Shown: positions 40,130 to 51,301 of the stretch, piece after piece | Numbering within the stretch: the first letter of the stretch is position 1 | How the letters are laid out: every line of letters begins with the position of its first letter | NCBI RefSeq assembly: GCF_001194135.2 | Contig: NC_068989.1 | Location: 48,047,052 to 48,111,051 of the forward strand | Direction: 5' to 3' | DNA: 64,000 bases | DNA from: Octopus bimaculoides | Taxonomy: Eukaryota | Translations under genes and position numbers: made by a program | Notes under the pieces: generated by a model | The model's input: only the letters and a program-made list of their open reading frames with translations | Databases searched by the model: none | Told to the model about the DNA's origin: nothing

Positions 40130-40600
40130 CCTCGTCTCAAATATCTCAAAACATCTCTCTACCTCAGATCTCACACATCACATATTACTCATACGCAAGG
40201 CACAAATCCTATTTGTTTTTAGGTTGCAAGTGTCTCAACCCCTATCTAGATCCCATTTCCCTTCAAATTTCACTCAACATATATGTAAGGTGGTGTCTGC
40301 GTTTATGTTGTATTCAGTTTTCCTGTTTCTCACATTTCTCACCAGGATTATAGCAATAACAACTTCTAGTTGATCTGACTCAATGTCTTCCTTCGTTCTT
40401 CGAATTCATGAAGCCATTATCAACTCATTGACTATATATTCTCTTGTATTGAAAATATACATCTCACCTCTCCCCTCCGAAGTGTCTTCAACGCTCACAA
40501 TTCCTGGCAGCTTTCACTCATTCTACACTTAGGCTGCTCTGTTAGAAGTTTATCCTTTGCTATTCACAATTCCTTACACCATCTTGTTCCATCCACTACT
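40130..40600 (+). pseudogene. Possible CR1/L2-like LINE C-terminal relic
   Basis: Weak motifs only: YSYARHKSYLFLGCKCLNPYL (cf. Y..VRP.LEY....WNPYL) and VRSLSFAIHNSLHHLVP. Confidence 0.3.
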
Positions 40601-40789
40601 CGCATCTGTGAACGATACACAGACACCTTTCAGCTCAAAACCGAACCTCCACCGAACTATAACTGTCTATACACCTATCAAGACAAGACATCTGCCACTG
40701 CCCATCACCGCTGTTCATCACCAATGCCCCTCTCCACAACCCAAAACACAATCAAATACTTCTATGCAGTAAATATTTGTTCGTATAGT

Positions 40790-41490
40790 CGATATTTACA
40801 AATTACACATTAGCCTGTATAGACTAAATCTACACATTACACATCTATCTATATTCAACATCGACTGGCCACCCACTTTTGCAGCATCCAGAACATCTAT
40901 GCTACAAACAGGATTTGTAGAGTCATAGGCTGCAAATTACAAATTTGTTACATATAAACACATCTATTAGCTACACACTGACACTCTCTATTTAACATTT
41001 ACCTGTTACACACTGGATCAATGTAAGCAACAACTTGCACATTACCTGCTTACACATCGGTCTGTATTTATATCGACAAGGTCTACCTGCTACACACTGG
41101 GCCTGTATCGACAATGCCAGCATGATTACACATGGATTTGAATATTCAATATCCATCTACCAGATACTGGAGTCTTTGTACTCAACATCAACATGCTAAC
41201 ACACTGCGTCTGTGTATTTAGCATTTACACGCTTACACTTTAGACCTGTATAGACATCTACAGGCTTATAAAATAGTACTATGTATTCAACATCTACCTA
41301 TCACACATTGGTTCTGTGTGTTTAGCATCTATCTGCTACACATTGTGTCTGAATAGTCAATACCTACAACTTTACTCATTTATCTGTGTATTGAACATTT
41401 GCATGCTTACACTGTGTCTCCGCATAGACAGCATCTACAAACTTAGCGTTGTCATTCAATATCTATGCACCATACACTGACTGTATGAGA
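40790..41490. repeat. Highly degenerate ~35-36-bp minisatellite (roughly 18-20 units)
   Basis: Recurrent consensus caacatctacctgctacacactgggtctgtgtatt; clear units measure 35-36 nt. Confidence 0.75.
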
Positions 41491-41925
41491 TTGGCTGTTT
41501 AGTTCACATGACAATGTTAGGTCTTAAATAAGTCAACATGTACCATAGTGTAGTTTAATTAATTGAACGGTGTTGAAAAGAAGTGTATATTAGTGATCTT
41601 GGCAACGAACTTGCTGACATAACATTCTGAATAGAGTTCAACAATGACATTTTCTAAATTTACAGAATGATTAATTCATACACTCGTAGTGATGACTTTT
41701 TTTTTCTAGTAGTTCATGTCAAAAGAACATTTTTTAGGTTTTGGAGTGAGGAAGTTCTCCTCAGATCCCGAAAACGTCCTACAGTGTGACATTAATCAAC
41801 CGAGGCTATAGCAAAAGACATTTCACCAAAGTGCATACATTGAAATACAGCAGTAACTCGTGGCTTTCTAAACAAGCTACATAATCTAAACATACATATA
41901 CATATATGTATGTGTGTGTTCCAAA

Positions 41926-42001
41926 TAATAAAGTTCTTCATCTTCATAGGGCATTTGAAATAAGGCAACGGATCTTCATCAGAGTGAAAAACAAGAGCAT
42001 G
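41926..42001. repeat. Left arm of a ~78-bp inverted repeat bounding the PLE complex
   Basis: Matches the reverse complement of 45423-45500 with about 6 substitutions and one 3-nt indel. Confidence 0.9.
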
Positions 42002-43300
42002 CAATATAAACAATATGTTAAGAGCAAATAATTTACCATCTGGGGCTACAGGATCCGTAGGAAAAAGAGTGAGCTAGTAATGGTCAAGAGAATACTACAA
42101 TTTATTAACGGGTAGGTGCAATTTGAAGGGGTGGGGAATGTTTAAAAACAAGAAGTTATCAAGAAACTTTTCTTTATAAGGAAAATACTAACATGATTAT
42201 CAAAGGGTGATACCTATGCTAACGAAGTAAACTCAAGTAAAAGTAAACAATTATCGTAGGGGGCTTAAGAAAAGTTTACTCACAGAAATTAATACCGAGA
42301 GTCTCACCTATGGTCCACAATGGGTCAAGTCTACGTCCAGCGATCTCTACAATTGGTCAGTTACAGTTTTAACCGGGGTCACAAGTTAAAACTGTTACAA
42401 AGGATTTGTTTATCAAATAAACAAGAAGAGAAAAGATATGGGGGAGGAGTCAATGAATAAATAGCATGGGGTCGTTTATGTCCTTCAGCATCTTAACGTT
42501 ATTACATGCATGAGGGAAAAATTAACGAGATCTACGGGGGTTAGTGGTTAAGGGGAGGCAACTAGTGCTGGTAATTCAGCGGTTCAATAAAAGCTACAAG
42601 GGAATGAAATTGGACTAAACTTCGTATAGAGCGAATTGTGGTAATAATTAGATATATACAGGTACGCATGAAAAATTCATCTTATAGGTGCTCTACAATG
42701 CCCAAATAAAAAGGCACTTATAATTAGGTGGATAATGTTTAAGGCCAATCACATTATGAAATAATATCAAATAATGAGACTCCCTAGTTGTCAACAGTGT
42801 CCTAAGTATGCTTCATAGGCATTACATAGTCATTAAAGTTATAAAGTTCCTAGTATCATAAAACAATTTAAAGTAATATAATGGCACTATGTGGGTACAA
42901 TTCATGCCGGGTCTACAGGTAGATTGGTATTATGAGAAAAGTTACCTTGGATCAAGCAACTTACTAAGCATGCTTAAAAAGCAGTAAATACCCTAAGATA
43001 AAAAAAGAAATACCAATTGAATCTAATCATTAAAATTATAAACAAAGGTATATTAACTCCAAGTGGGGGTAAAAAAATTCTGGTGGGCATAGAATACAAT
43101 AAAGTATATAAAAATATGACATATAATAAAAAATAAAATGAAAAGGATGAAAAAATAGAAACATGGGGGAAATATTGTTCACATGTATATAGGGTTAATA
43201 ATGTACAATAAAATGGGGGAAGAGCAGTGAGTGGAGGAAAGAACAATGAGTTAGTAGCGAAGATGAGTCCAAATTCCAGCAAGTGCCGACAAATACATCC
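42002..43300 (-). pseudogene. Strongly decayed PLE ORF N-terminal half
   Basis: Minus-strand remnants appear in the expected order: LLEFGLIFATNS, DTRN(L/F)Y..DY, YKMNFSCVP..LLP (cf. HKPNF..P.CRLINP) and LNR*ITSTS (cf. LNQWKNT). Confidence 0.5.
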
Positions 43301-43525
43301 ATGTCATAAAAGGTGTTAGAGGGTAAAGAAAGTAAGCAAAGTGAAAAAAGCTAAAATTGAAATTTAAGTAATATTTGGGATATGAAGTGGTTATAGGTGT
43401 AAACGACCATATGATAGAAAAACTAAGGCCTTTGTGTTCTCGTTCAGTTATGATAGAAATAAGAGGCATAATACAAGGGTGATGATAAAGTGGGGGAAAG
43501 GTTAGTTGGTGTAAGAAATAGGTAA

Positions 43526-43978
43526 TAGATATAGGTGGGGGTTACATTTAAAACTTGGAGGGTTGTTATTTGACTACCTACAAGAGCCTCAGTTATTCCT
43601 AACAACACGAACTATAAAAGGATGTATAACCCGCATTAAACTATAAGGGACTACTATTCGTATACTGTGAGGTTATAGATACTATTATGGGGTAGTGTAA
43701 GTATTTCTAGCGTGATTTATATTTGTAAGAAATATTTATATCTATAAGAAATAACAGATATGGGTGGGGGTAACATTTAAGACTTAAGAAAAGGGTAAGA
43801 GGAGGGGTTAGTTATTTGACTACCTATAAGTACCTCGATCATTCCTAACAAGACGAACTATAAAAGGGCTAAGATGTATAACCTGCATTAAACTACCAGA
43901 TGCAATTAATTGTATGCTGTGAGGTTATAAGTACTATTATGGGGTAGTATAAGTATTTCTAGTGTTATTTATATTTAT
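43526..43978 (-). repeat. Two tandem ~230-bp pseudo-LTR-like repeats
   Basis: agatat(a/g)ggtggggg.tacattta..gttatttgactaccta..ttcctaaca..actattatggggtagt.taagtatttctag occurs at ~43526-43725 and ~43756-43978, directly after the GIY-YIG stop codon. Confidence 0.85.
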
Positions 43979-45440
43979 CGAAAGTAGACCTGCCTTTGTG
44001 CAGGGAAGCTACATTTCGCTCAACTCTCAGGTTCACTACCGGATTACGTGCTGCTAAAATATTAAAAATTTCATTAATGCAAAGGTAACATTTTCTATTT
44101 TTTTCAGCGAGGGTCTCCCAATTTAATGTGAAGGTAGTGGTACTATCTTTGAGCTCCCAAATGTAGCTACTTAAACCAGTCGAATTAATTAAGTTTTTGT
44201 TTCTAAAAGAATGTTGGTACGTGACTAGTCTTCGTTTTATTTCATTTTGGGTTGCTCCAATATAACTCAATGTGTGTTGTGAGTGTGCATTGATAAATAA
44301 CGTCCTTAATTCTACAGGTGTTACTGAAGGCACAATCATTCCTGTTCCTACAGTCACATAGGTTATTTTGTGGCGGTGAGTTGCTTCCTAGTGGGGTAGG
44401 ATTAGTAGTGAGGTTAAAGTGGTTATTTTGGTTCTGAAAGTATTTTGTACTAAGGTTGAGGTAGTGTTTATTGTTATTATTTCAACTAATACCACCGTGG
44501 ATTCTATTTTTGTTTCTATTTGAGAAAAAAGTATCTAATTTTTTATTATTCAGAGAGGATATTATGCTCCCTAAATTATATGCAAGGCTATAACTTATCC
44601 TTATTGTACTACTATTTATATTAGAATACCTATTATTCTTATCAAAGTATCTATTTACGACACTCAATAATAGCCTAGCTAAGTTCGTCCTGATTTGCAT
44701 TGTAAAAGGGATTATACACCAGATCTTATCTTCCGATTTGCCAGTAGTTTCTTCGTAGGTTGTGTGCTTATTGTTATTACTTTTCCTGCGTGCATTGACC
44801 CTCGTAGTTCTACCTAGAATGTTACTACTGTTTTTGAAGTTATTCACACAGTTTCTAAATCCGGTCATATTAGTGTCATTTGCTGCTGCTACCCGTGCAT
44901 TTTTACATCGCTTGGGTGTATGGTCATGCGCAGTAATGTTGCAGTTGGCATGTTCGTTATTACTATTATCCATTACATGCTTATGTGAGATATATTTAAT
45001 TCTACCTCTATAGCCCGCCTCCATAAGTGCCTTATCGTACTTATCTTTATGACTATTAAATATGACCTCGTTAGATGAGAGATAGGAAATCCTTTTGCTA
45101 ATGCCGCTAATTAAAGCTCCTTTTACTAATTGTGGATGATTACTTTGATAGTTTATATACTTAAGGTTAGAGTTAGGTTTCATATAAGGTTGGTGTAAAT
45201 CCGTATTTAAGTCACAGTTAACGTTTAAGTAGTTGATGGAGTAGTTTTCATTCTCTATAGTAATGGAGAGGCCAAATATATTGAAGAATTTATACAGGCG
45301 TTTCTTAAGTAACTCAAGGCGCCTATTGGAAATGTTTTAATAAGGAAAAGTGCATCGTCTCTGTATAGGCCACCCACGAGTTCGGAGAATTCTTTATAGA
45401 TGTCAACTAAGAGGTAAATACCCATGCACTTGTTTTTCAC
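43965..45440 (-). mobile_element. Penelope-like retroelement, C-terminal RT-thumb-GIY-YIG (frameshifted, 5'-truncated)
   Basis: ORF track: GIYLL..GLYRDDAL (45255-45440), KPNSNLKYINYQSNHP..ISKRISYLSS..F..Y..AL..AGY (44482-45183) and YIGATQNEIKRRL..QHSF..STGLSSYIWELK..W..KCYLCINE (43965-44357). The GLYRDD type suggests the Nematis-like group, but the clade is not verified. Confidence 0.93.
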
Positions 45441-45500
45441 TCTGATGGAGATGATTCGTTACCTTATTTCAAATGCCCTATGAACATGAAGAACTTCATT
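45423..45500. repeat. Right arm of the ~78-bp inverted repeat
   Basis: Reverse complement of 41926-42001; it begins exactly where the minus-strand RT homology stops. Confidence 0.9.
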
Positions 45501-46554
45501 TTCGCATTTATTTATAGACTGCATTTTGGTAACCGATCATTAACGGTCGTAAGATATGTTACGTCACCTACTTTGTTATGTCATGCTTTGTATTAAAAAA
45601 TAAGCTATAAATGTGGTCCAATCGATGTTTGTTAATCTGTGGTTTTCTCTACATACATACATACATACATACATATATAAATATATATATACATACATAT
45701 ATACATATATATACATACATGTGTGTGTGTGTATGTGTGTGTGTGTTTCATCGCATTAATATTGTAGAACACGCTGATCAGTATATTTTCACAGGGAATT
45801 TTAAATATAGAAGATCATAAGAACTGTGGAAAGCGTAATCTACCGGAAGTCCTGAACTGAGGCATATATATTGTAACAGTGCAATCTATGCAGGAGTTAC
45901 ACATTCATAGTTCAGATTTGCTAGCATTTCAGGTGTGAATTTAGAATTGCAATTTCTGCTACTTTACTCAAAAGATTTCAATATGATGCTACTATGGCAA
46001 TCACACAGTGTTTCTCCATTATGTGTATTTATTATATTCTCGTGTTTTTCTATTCTTTTTTTTTTCTTGTATGTTTGCTTTATTACTGTTTTATATTGTG
46101 ATTTATTTAATTATATGCCTAATAAGGTGTCTGTTATTTTACTGAGCGCGGTGAGCATTGATGTGAGTAATTGTGTTATTGACGCGGTGAAATGGTCGTA
46201 CGACCATTGGAAAAACAAAACTCAAACAATACTAAAATTACGTGGGCTTTTTGGCATGTTTTTTATTTTGTTTTTGCTTTCTTTGTTTGTTTTTTATGTA
46301 ATGTCACCAATTAAAACAGCGTTAAATAATTCATTCAAGACAGACATGAAGTCGCATTAATTCTGGTTTCTTTTGAATTGTCACAGATATATTAATGTTG
46401 AAACTGCCATAGATTTTTCAAGAATATTTATTACGTAGGTGAAGAAGAAAGCAGTCAAGAATCTGAAGGCTATCAGCAATCACAGCCGCCAGAGACTTAC
46501 ATTCTCTTTTATACTATATGCCACATAAGGCAATATCAATAGCTATTGCGTTCA

Positions 46555-46770
46555 AGGCAGCGAGCTGTCAAAATCGTTAGCATACTGGGCGAAATGCTTA
46601 GCTGTATTACGTCTGTCTTTACGCTCTAAGTTCAAATTCCGCCACGGTCGACTTTGCCTTTTATCCTTTCAGGGTCGATCAAACAAGTACCTGCTGAGCA
46701 ATGCGGTCGATGTCATTGACTGACTCCTTCCCCCGAAATTGTTGGCTTTGTGCTAAAATCTGAAGCCAGT
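46555..46770 (+). mobile_element. SINE-like family C
   Basis: ggcagcgagctgtca..gttcaaattccgcc..gtcgactttgcc..gggtcgat. Confidence 0.85.
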
Positions 46771-47029
46771 AGTTATTGTATTACACTGACAGAATTGGTA
46801 CAGCTCTACACAAAACTGCTGAGAGTATTTTTGTGTTCCTTCTCTTTACGAGTTCAATTCTTGCCGAGATTGAGTTTTTTAATATTTTATTCTTCTGGGC
46901 TTGATAAACCGATACATTCCATTATATGAACTGCATTTATATTCGGAATAGATATAGTTGTTGTTCGCCTCACACAAAAATGTTTGGGTCTGCGTCTGCG
47001 TTGGAAATCCCTATTATTCAGGGAATATA

Positions 47030-47245
47030 AGGCGACGAGCTGGCAGAACCGATAGCATGCCAGACAAACTGCTTAGCGGCATTTCGTCCATATTTACGTT
47101 CAAAGTTCAAATTCCATCGAGATTGAATTTGCCTTTAAATCTTTCGGGGTTGATATTACAGGTACCAGTTAAGTACTGAGGTTGATGTAATCGACTTCCT
47201 CCTCCCCTCAAAGGTTATTGGTCCTACGCCAAAATTTGAAACCAT
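47030..47245 (+). mobile_element. SINE-like family C
   Basis: ggcgacgagctggcagaa..aaatttgaaacc. Confidence 0.85.
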
Positions 47246-49013
47246 TATTGAGACAATATTATGAAAATATTATGTAAAAACAAAATGATTCCCGACTTAG
47301 CAGGGGCTTTCATGTGATTTCAAAGTCTCCATTTAGGCTATTTCAAGTACCGTGATATATGCTTCAGAGAAATGTATGAGATTCACCTCCCAATTTTTTC
47401 GTCTTCTAAAATATAATACTAAACACTGCAGATGTCCCCAGACATCTCTAACAGCAACCAGACATCAACGTAACTAGTATTAGTAATGAATGCTGCTCGA
47501 TTCTGTCTGTCAGTTTCAACAATTTTCTTTTCTTTATGTCTCTAAATACTTGAAAAAAAAGCGTCATTGCTTGGACGCCTTTGATTATAGAATGTAGATA
47601 TTTGACTTAAAGCTGAATAATAAAAAAAAATAGAAATGAAGACTTGAGTATTCTTATCGTCAGTTTGAATCCATTCGACAAACGTCTGTATGGCAGATTG
47701 TTAGATGAACTAATTACAGAAACCTAGGGTTAAATAATGACAACAACAATATTCAGAAACAACAGGATTCATTAATAAATTATCTCTATTAAGTAGAGTC
47801 GAAAACGTCAGGCAGATTGCAGAGCTGCCGTTAAGTATCGAGGATAACTCGGTTAAAACCATAAAAAAGGTTGGAAAAATATGTTTTAGAAAATTGTCAA
47901 GAACAGAAAATACCTATCTCTGACTCACGAAATAGAAAGAATGAAAAGTGGAAAACAATCAAATTTTGCCGAATTGCAGCATCAAGAATTGGTTGGAGGA
48001 ATCTGGAACTAAAAAAATAAAATAAAAACAGACTGAAACAATGAATAGCAAAGGGATTCTCGATTGGATAATTTAAAATTCAAGAGTGTTTGTTCAATAA
48101 GAATTATATATTTGAAGTGAATGATTTAAGTGCTCCTACAGTACAGCGATAATATATTACTTTATATGATCTCTACACAGTATTACACGACTTGTAAGAA
48201 TACCAGCTAGATCTCTCTCGAACTAAATAAATTCAACCAGCTTATGGATAACAAAGTACGGAGTAGGCGACAATAAAAGATGATTATAGATAGAATGGCT
48301 CTTGGTCATATGTCTGTCTGCTCTAACAAATCTGACCTGGAGCTCAACAACAGCAACAAAAGCAACGACGACAACAACAGTATAGCTACAGATACATTGG
48401 GAGAAGTTACGGAAGAGAGAAATAGTACTCAATGCAAAAAAGACATTCAATGGATTAGAAAAAAGGGTAAGAAAAATAATACAATAACAATACTACATTA
48501 ATACAAAAGCAGAACTAGCGTAGGTCTTGGCAAAATGTTATGGAATTTAGCACCGGAATCAAAAGTGCAAGGAACTGGAAGATCATGGAATTGATTAAGT
48601 CATCAACTTTTGGCAAACATACTTAACTAATACACGTAAAGGTGAAGTAGTAGTAGTTAATTAACTAACAAGCTCGCTTACTATGCTACACGAGAGAAAC
48701 ATTTGTAGAATTGATTTGCGTCTGTCTGATCTGAAAATGGCAAATGAAGAGACAACCAGGAAAATAGATCTATGTATGTGGTTAATCAAATGTGACTCTC
48801 GGAGTATCGGTAGTATGAATTGTTGCCTTTCAGTAAGTAAAGTAGCATCGCAATGCTACAGCATTTATTATGTAGCTACAATATTTCATTTATTTGACAC
48901 TGTCCAATGTGTAGAAATAAATAAGTAATATAAGATTGATGATGTAATAGAAGTGATGTAATCCAGAACAAAGTAAGGAATAATACATTATACATTTACT
49001 TAATCAGTTGTTG

Positions 49014-49085
49014 AAATGAGTTGCGCAATAGAAGCGTGTTGGACCCACAACTCAGAAGTCTGTAGATCGAACCTACACTCTTCGA
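49014..49085 (+). pseudogene. tRNA-iMet pseudogene (anticodon CAT mutated to CAC)
   Basis: Co-linear over 72 nt with eukaryotic initiator tRNA: gagttgcgcaatagaagcgtgttggacccacaactcagaagtctgtagatcgaacctacactct. It has the iMet-specific ATCGAA T-loop, but the acceptor stem is broken. Confidence 0.85.
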
Positions 49086-50059
49086 AGAAATGAAAGCTAT
49101 TTTTTTATATATTTACACGTTGCAAAAGAGTGAACTACAAATTATATTAAGCAATAGAAATTTTACACATCGTCGAGGTGACACCAACTGACAGGGATAC
49201 GCCAAAAGCCAAATAGTGAAGTGAGCAGAAACTTTCGCTTAGTATACAGAAATACTACTGTGAACACTGAAGTGACTACTGAATGGAAATAATATCAATT
49301 CCCCCCCAAACAATAACCCTGTACCCCAAGCTAAAGTCTCTAATAACATATTTACCAGCAATATTCAAATCACAAGTATACATTCCAACAGACTCTGATC
49401 ATCGGAAAGAGTGCGAGAAAACGGTTTGTAGGAAACATCAAAAAGAGAAACAAAAGACTGAATAGTATAGTTTAATTACCGTGAAGTCTTTGACAGTAAA
49501 AAGAGAAACAAACATCTAAGATAGCCTGGCTTAATTACCGTAAAGTCTTCCACTTCATATTACACACTTTGATGTTGGAGATACTGTATGTAAAGAAAAC
49601 TTCTTCAGCACTGAGAGAGTACACCAATCGTGCTATGTCAAAATAGAAAACTTCAATAATATTATAAGATAAAGAAATTTCTAATCCACTCGACTATTCT
49701 GCCCAGACTCCGTATCATTTCCACTATTCTGTCTCGCTCTTTAGTAAGTACTTCAGTTTCTTTAAGCCACTACTGCCACGACGTTGCTGGGGCACCACCT
49801 AATTCTACTATCAAATTTTCAGGTTCAAATTATTAGTGTTTATATATACAAAGTATGATTTAAAACTATAATTTGCGCTAAATTTATAAGTAGAGTACTT
49901 CAGTAAGACTTTGACTATGATAGTTAAAAGAAAAAGCTTAAGTGCATACTAGAGAACTAGATAGAATAATAAAAAAGATAAGGGGTCTAGACAGATGGCC
50001 AAGTGTATAAGAAATTTCTTACAATATCATTGAAAATGCTTTGCGTTATGTGTTCTGTT

Positions 50060-50220
50060 TTGTTTTTCTTTTTATGTCCTGAGCTCAAAATCGTGCAGTG
50101 GTCAACTTTGCTTTCACCCCTCACGTATCGATGAAATAAAGTTTGAGTGAAGTACTGAGATTGATGCTATCGATTAATCCACTTCCTCAAATTTCAAGTC
50201 TTGCGCTTGTATTAGAAGCA
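50060..50220 (+). mobile_element. SINE-like family C, decayed
   Basis: tcctgagctcaaaa..gtcaactttgctttca..tcgatgaaataa..tcgattaatcc. Confidence 0.6.
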
Positions 50221-50665
50221 AATATGATGAAGGTTTACTGTTTTCATTTAAAATTGTAAAGAAAACAATAGCAACGAAACAGAAACCTGTTCATGAATGC
50301 AGTAACGATGTAAATATATGAATGGGATTAAACAAATGTCTCGAAACTCGAAAATTAAGTGAAATTCAAAATAGACATAGACTTAGAGATGAGATAATTA
50401 TACTAGAACTACCTATATAAATACTTACTAGTAGATAAATCTGACACGGCGAACACCCAGAAATAAAGAAAATTATGTACTCCAGATGAGACACACTATC
50501 TTTTAATATAGCTACAAGAGAGAAATTTTCAGAAAGGAAAACATCGACTAAATTGACTAGTATTTGAGTGGTCTCTTATTTTATCTAAAAGAATGACATT
50601 TGATCTCAGTGGGACTTGAACTCAGAACGTAAAGAACTGGAAAATGTAATAATAATAATAATAAT

Positions 50666-51140
50666 TTTGGTATAAAAGATGGGCTACAGCAAATATTCTA
50701 CTCAATACCACAGATTTGCTTGTCAGTGGTTTGACCATAACCAGTTGAGTATATCCCTTAGTGGCTAGCGATATGTGCATCTCTGATCATGAGCAGACGT
50801 AGTGGGGGAGCACCATAGTAACGTGTTTAGAGGAATTCTTTGGGATTTGAATAATTCACCCTTGAAGCATGGGTGTTTCGTTCATCATCCTCAAACAAAC
50901 CTTATTCAGGGACTTTTGAGTGGGATGGGCTACTCGTCCTGAAGAAAATTTTAACTGGGCCCCACCTACAAAGTCATGCGCTGTTTATCTTCATATAAGA
51001 TCACCATGTCGCGCACATGTGGTTGTGATGTATGTGCCTGGTGTACCCTTATCAGACGGGTAGTCATGATGGGTATATTGGACTTCGTATATTTATACCC
51101 CAGTGTCACTTTGATGGCATGAGCTGCTCTCTCACTCAAT
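50666..51140. mobile_element. Interspersed non-coding repeat family A, longer copy
   Basis: Homologous to 146-405 and extends ~215 bp further. It is flanked by (AAT)n on the left and aataat/(GAT)n on the right. Confidence 0.85.
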
Positions 51141-51169
51141 AATATTAATGATGAGGATGATGATGATGA

Positions 51170-51256
51170 TTTCAAATTTTGGCAGAAGGCCAGCAAGTTC
51201 AACAGAGGAGATAAGTCGATTACATCGACTCTAGTACTCAACTGGTACTTATTTTA
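51170..51256 (-). mobile_element. SINE-like family C 3' part, truncated at a hairpin
   Basis: ttcaaattttggc..gtcgattacatcgac..ctggtacttatttt is the reverse complement of the family C tail. Confidence 0.8.
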
Positions 51257-51301
51257 TGAGCCCTATTATCAGTTCCCATGAACTGATAATAGGGCTCATA
51301 A
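51254..51301. repeat. Perfect 22-bp stem with 4-nt loop
   Basis: ttatgagccctattatcagttc-ccat-gaactgataatagggctcataa. Confidence 0.95.
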
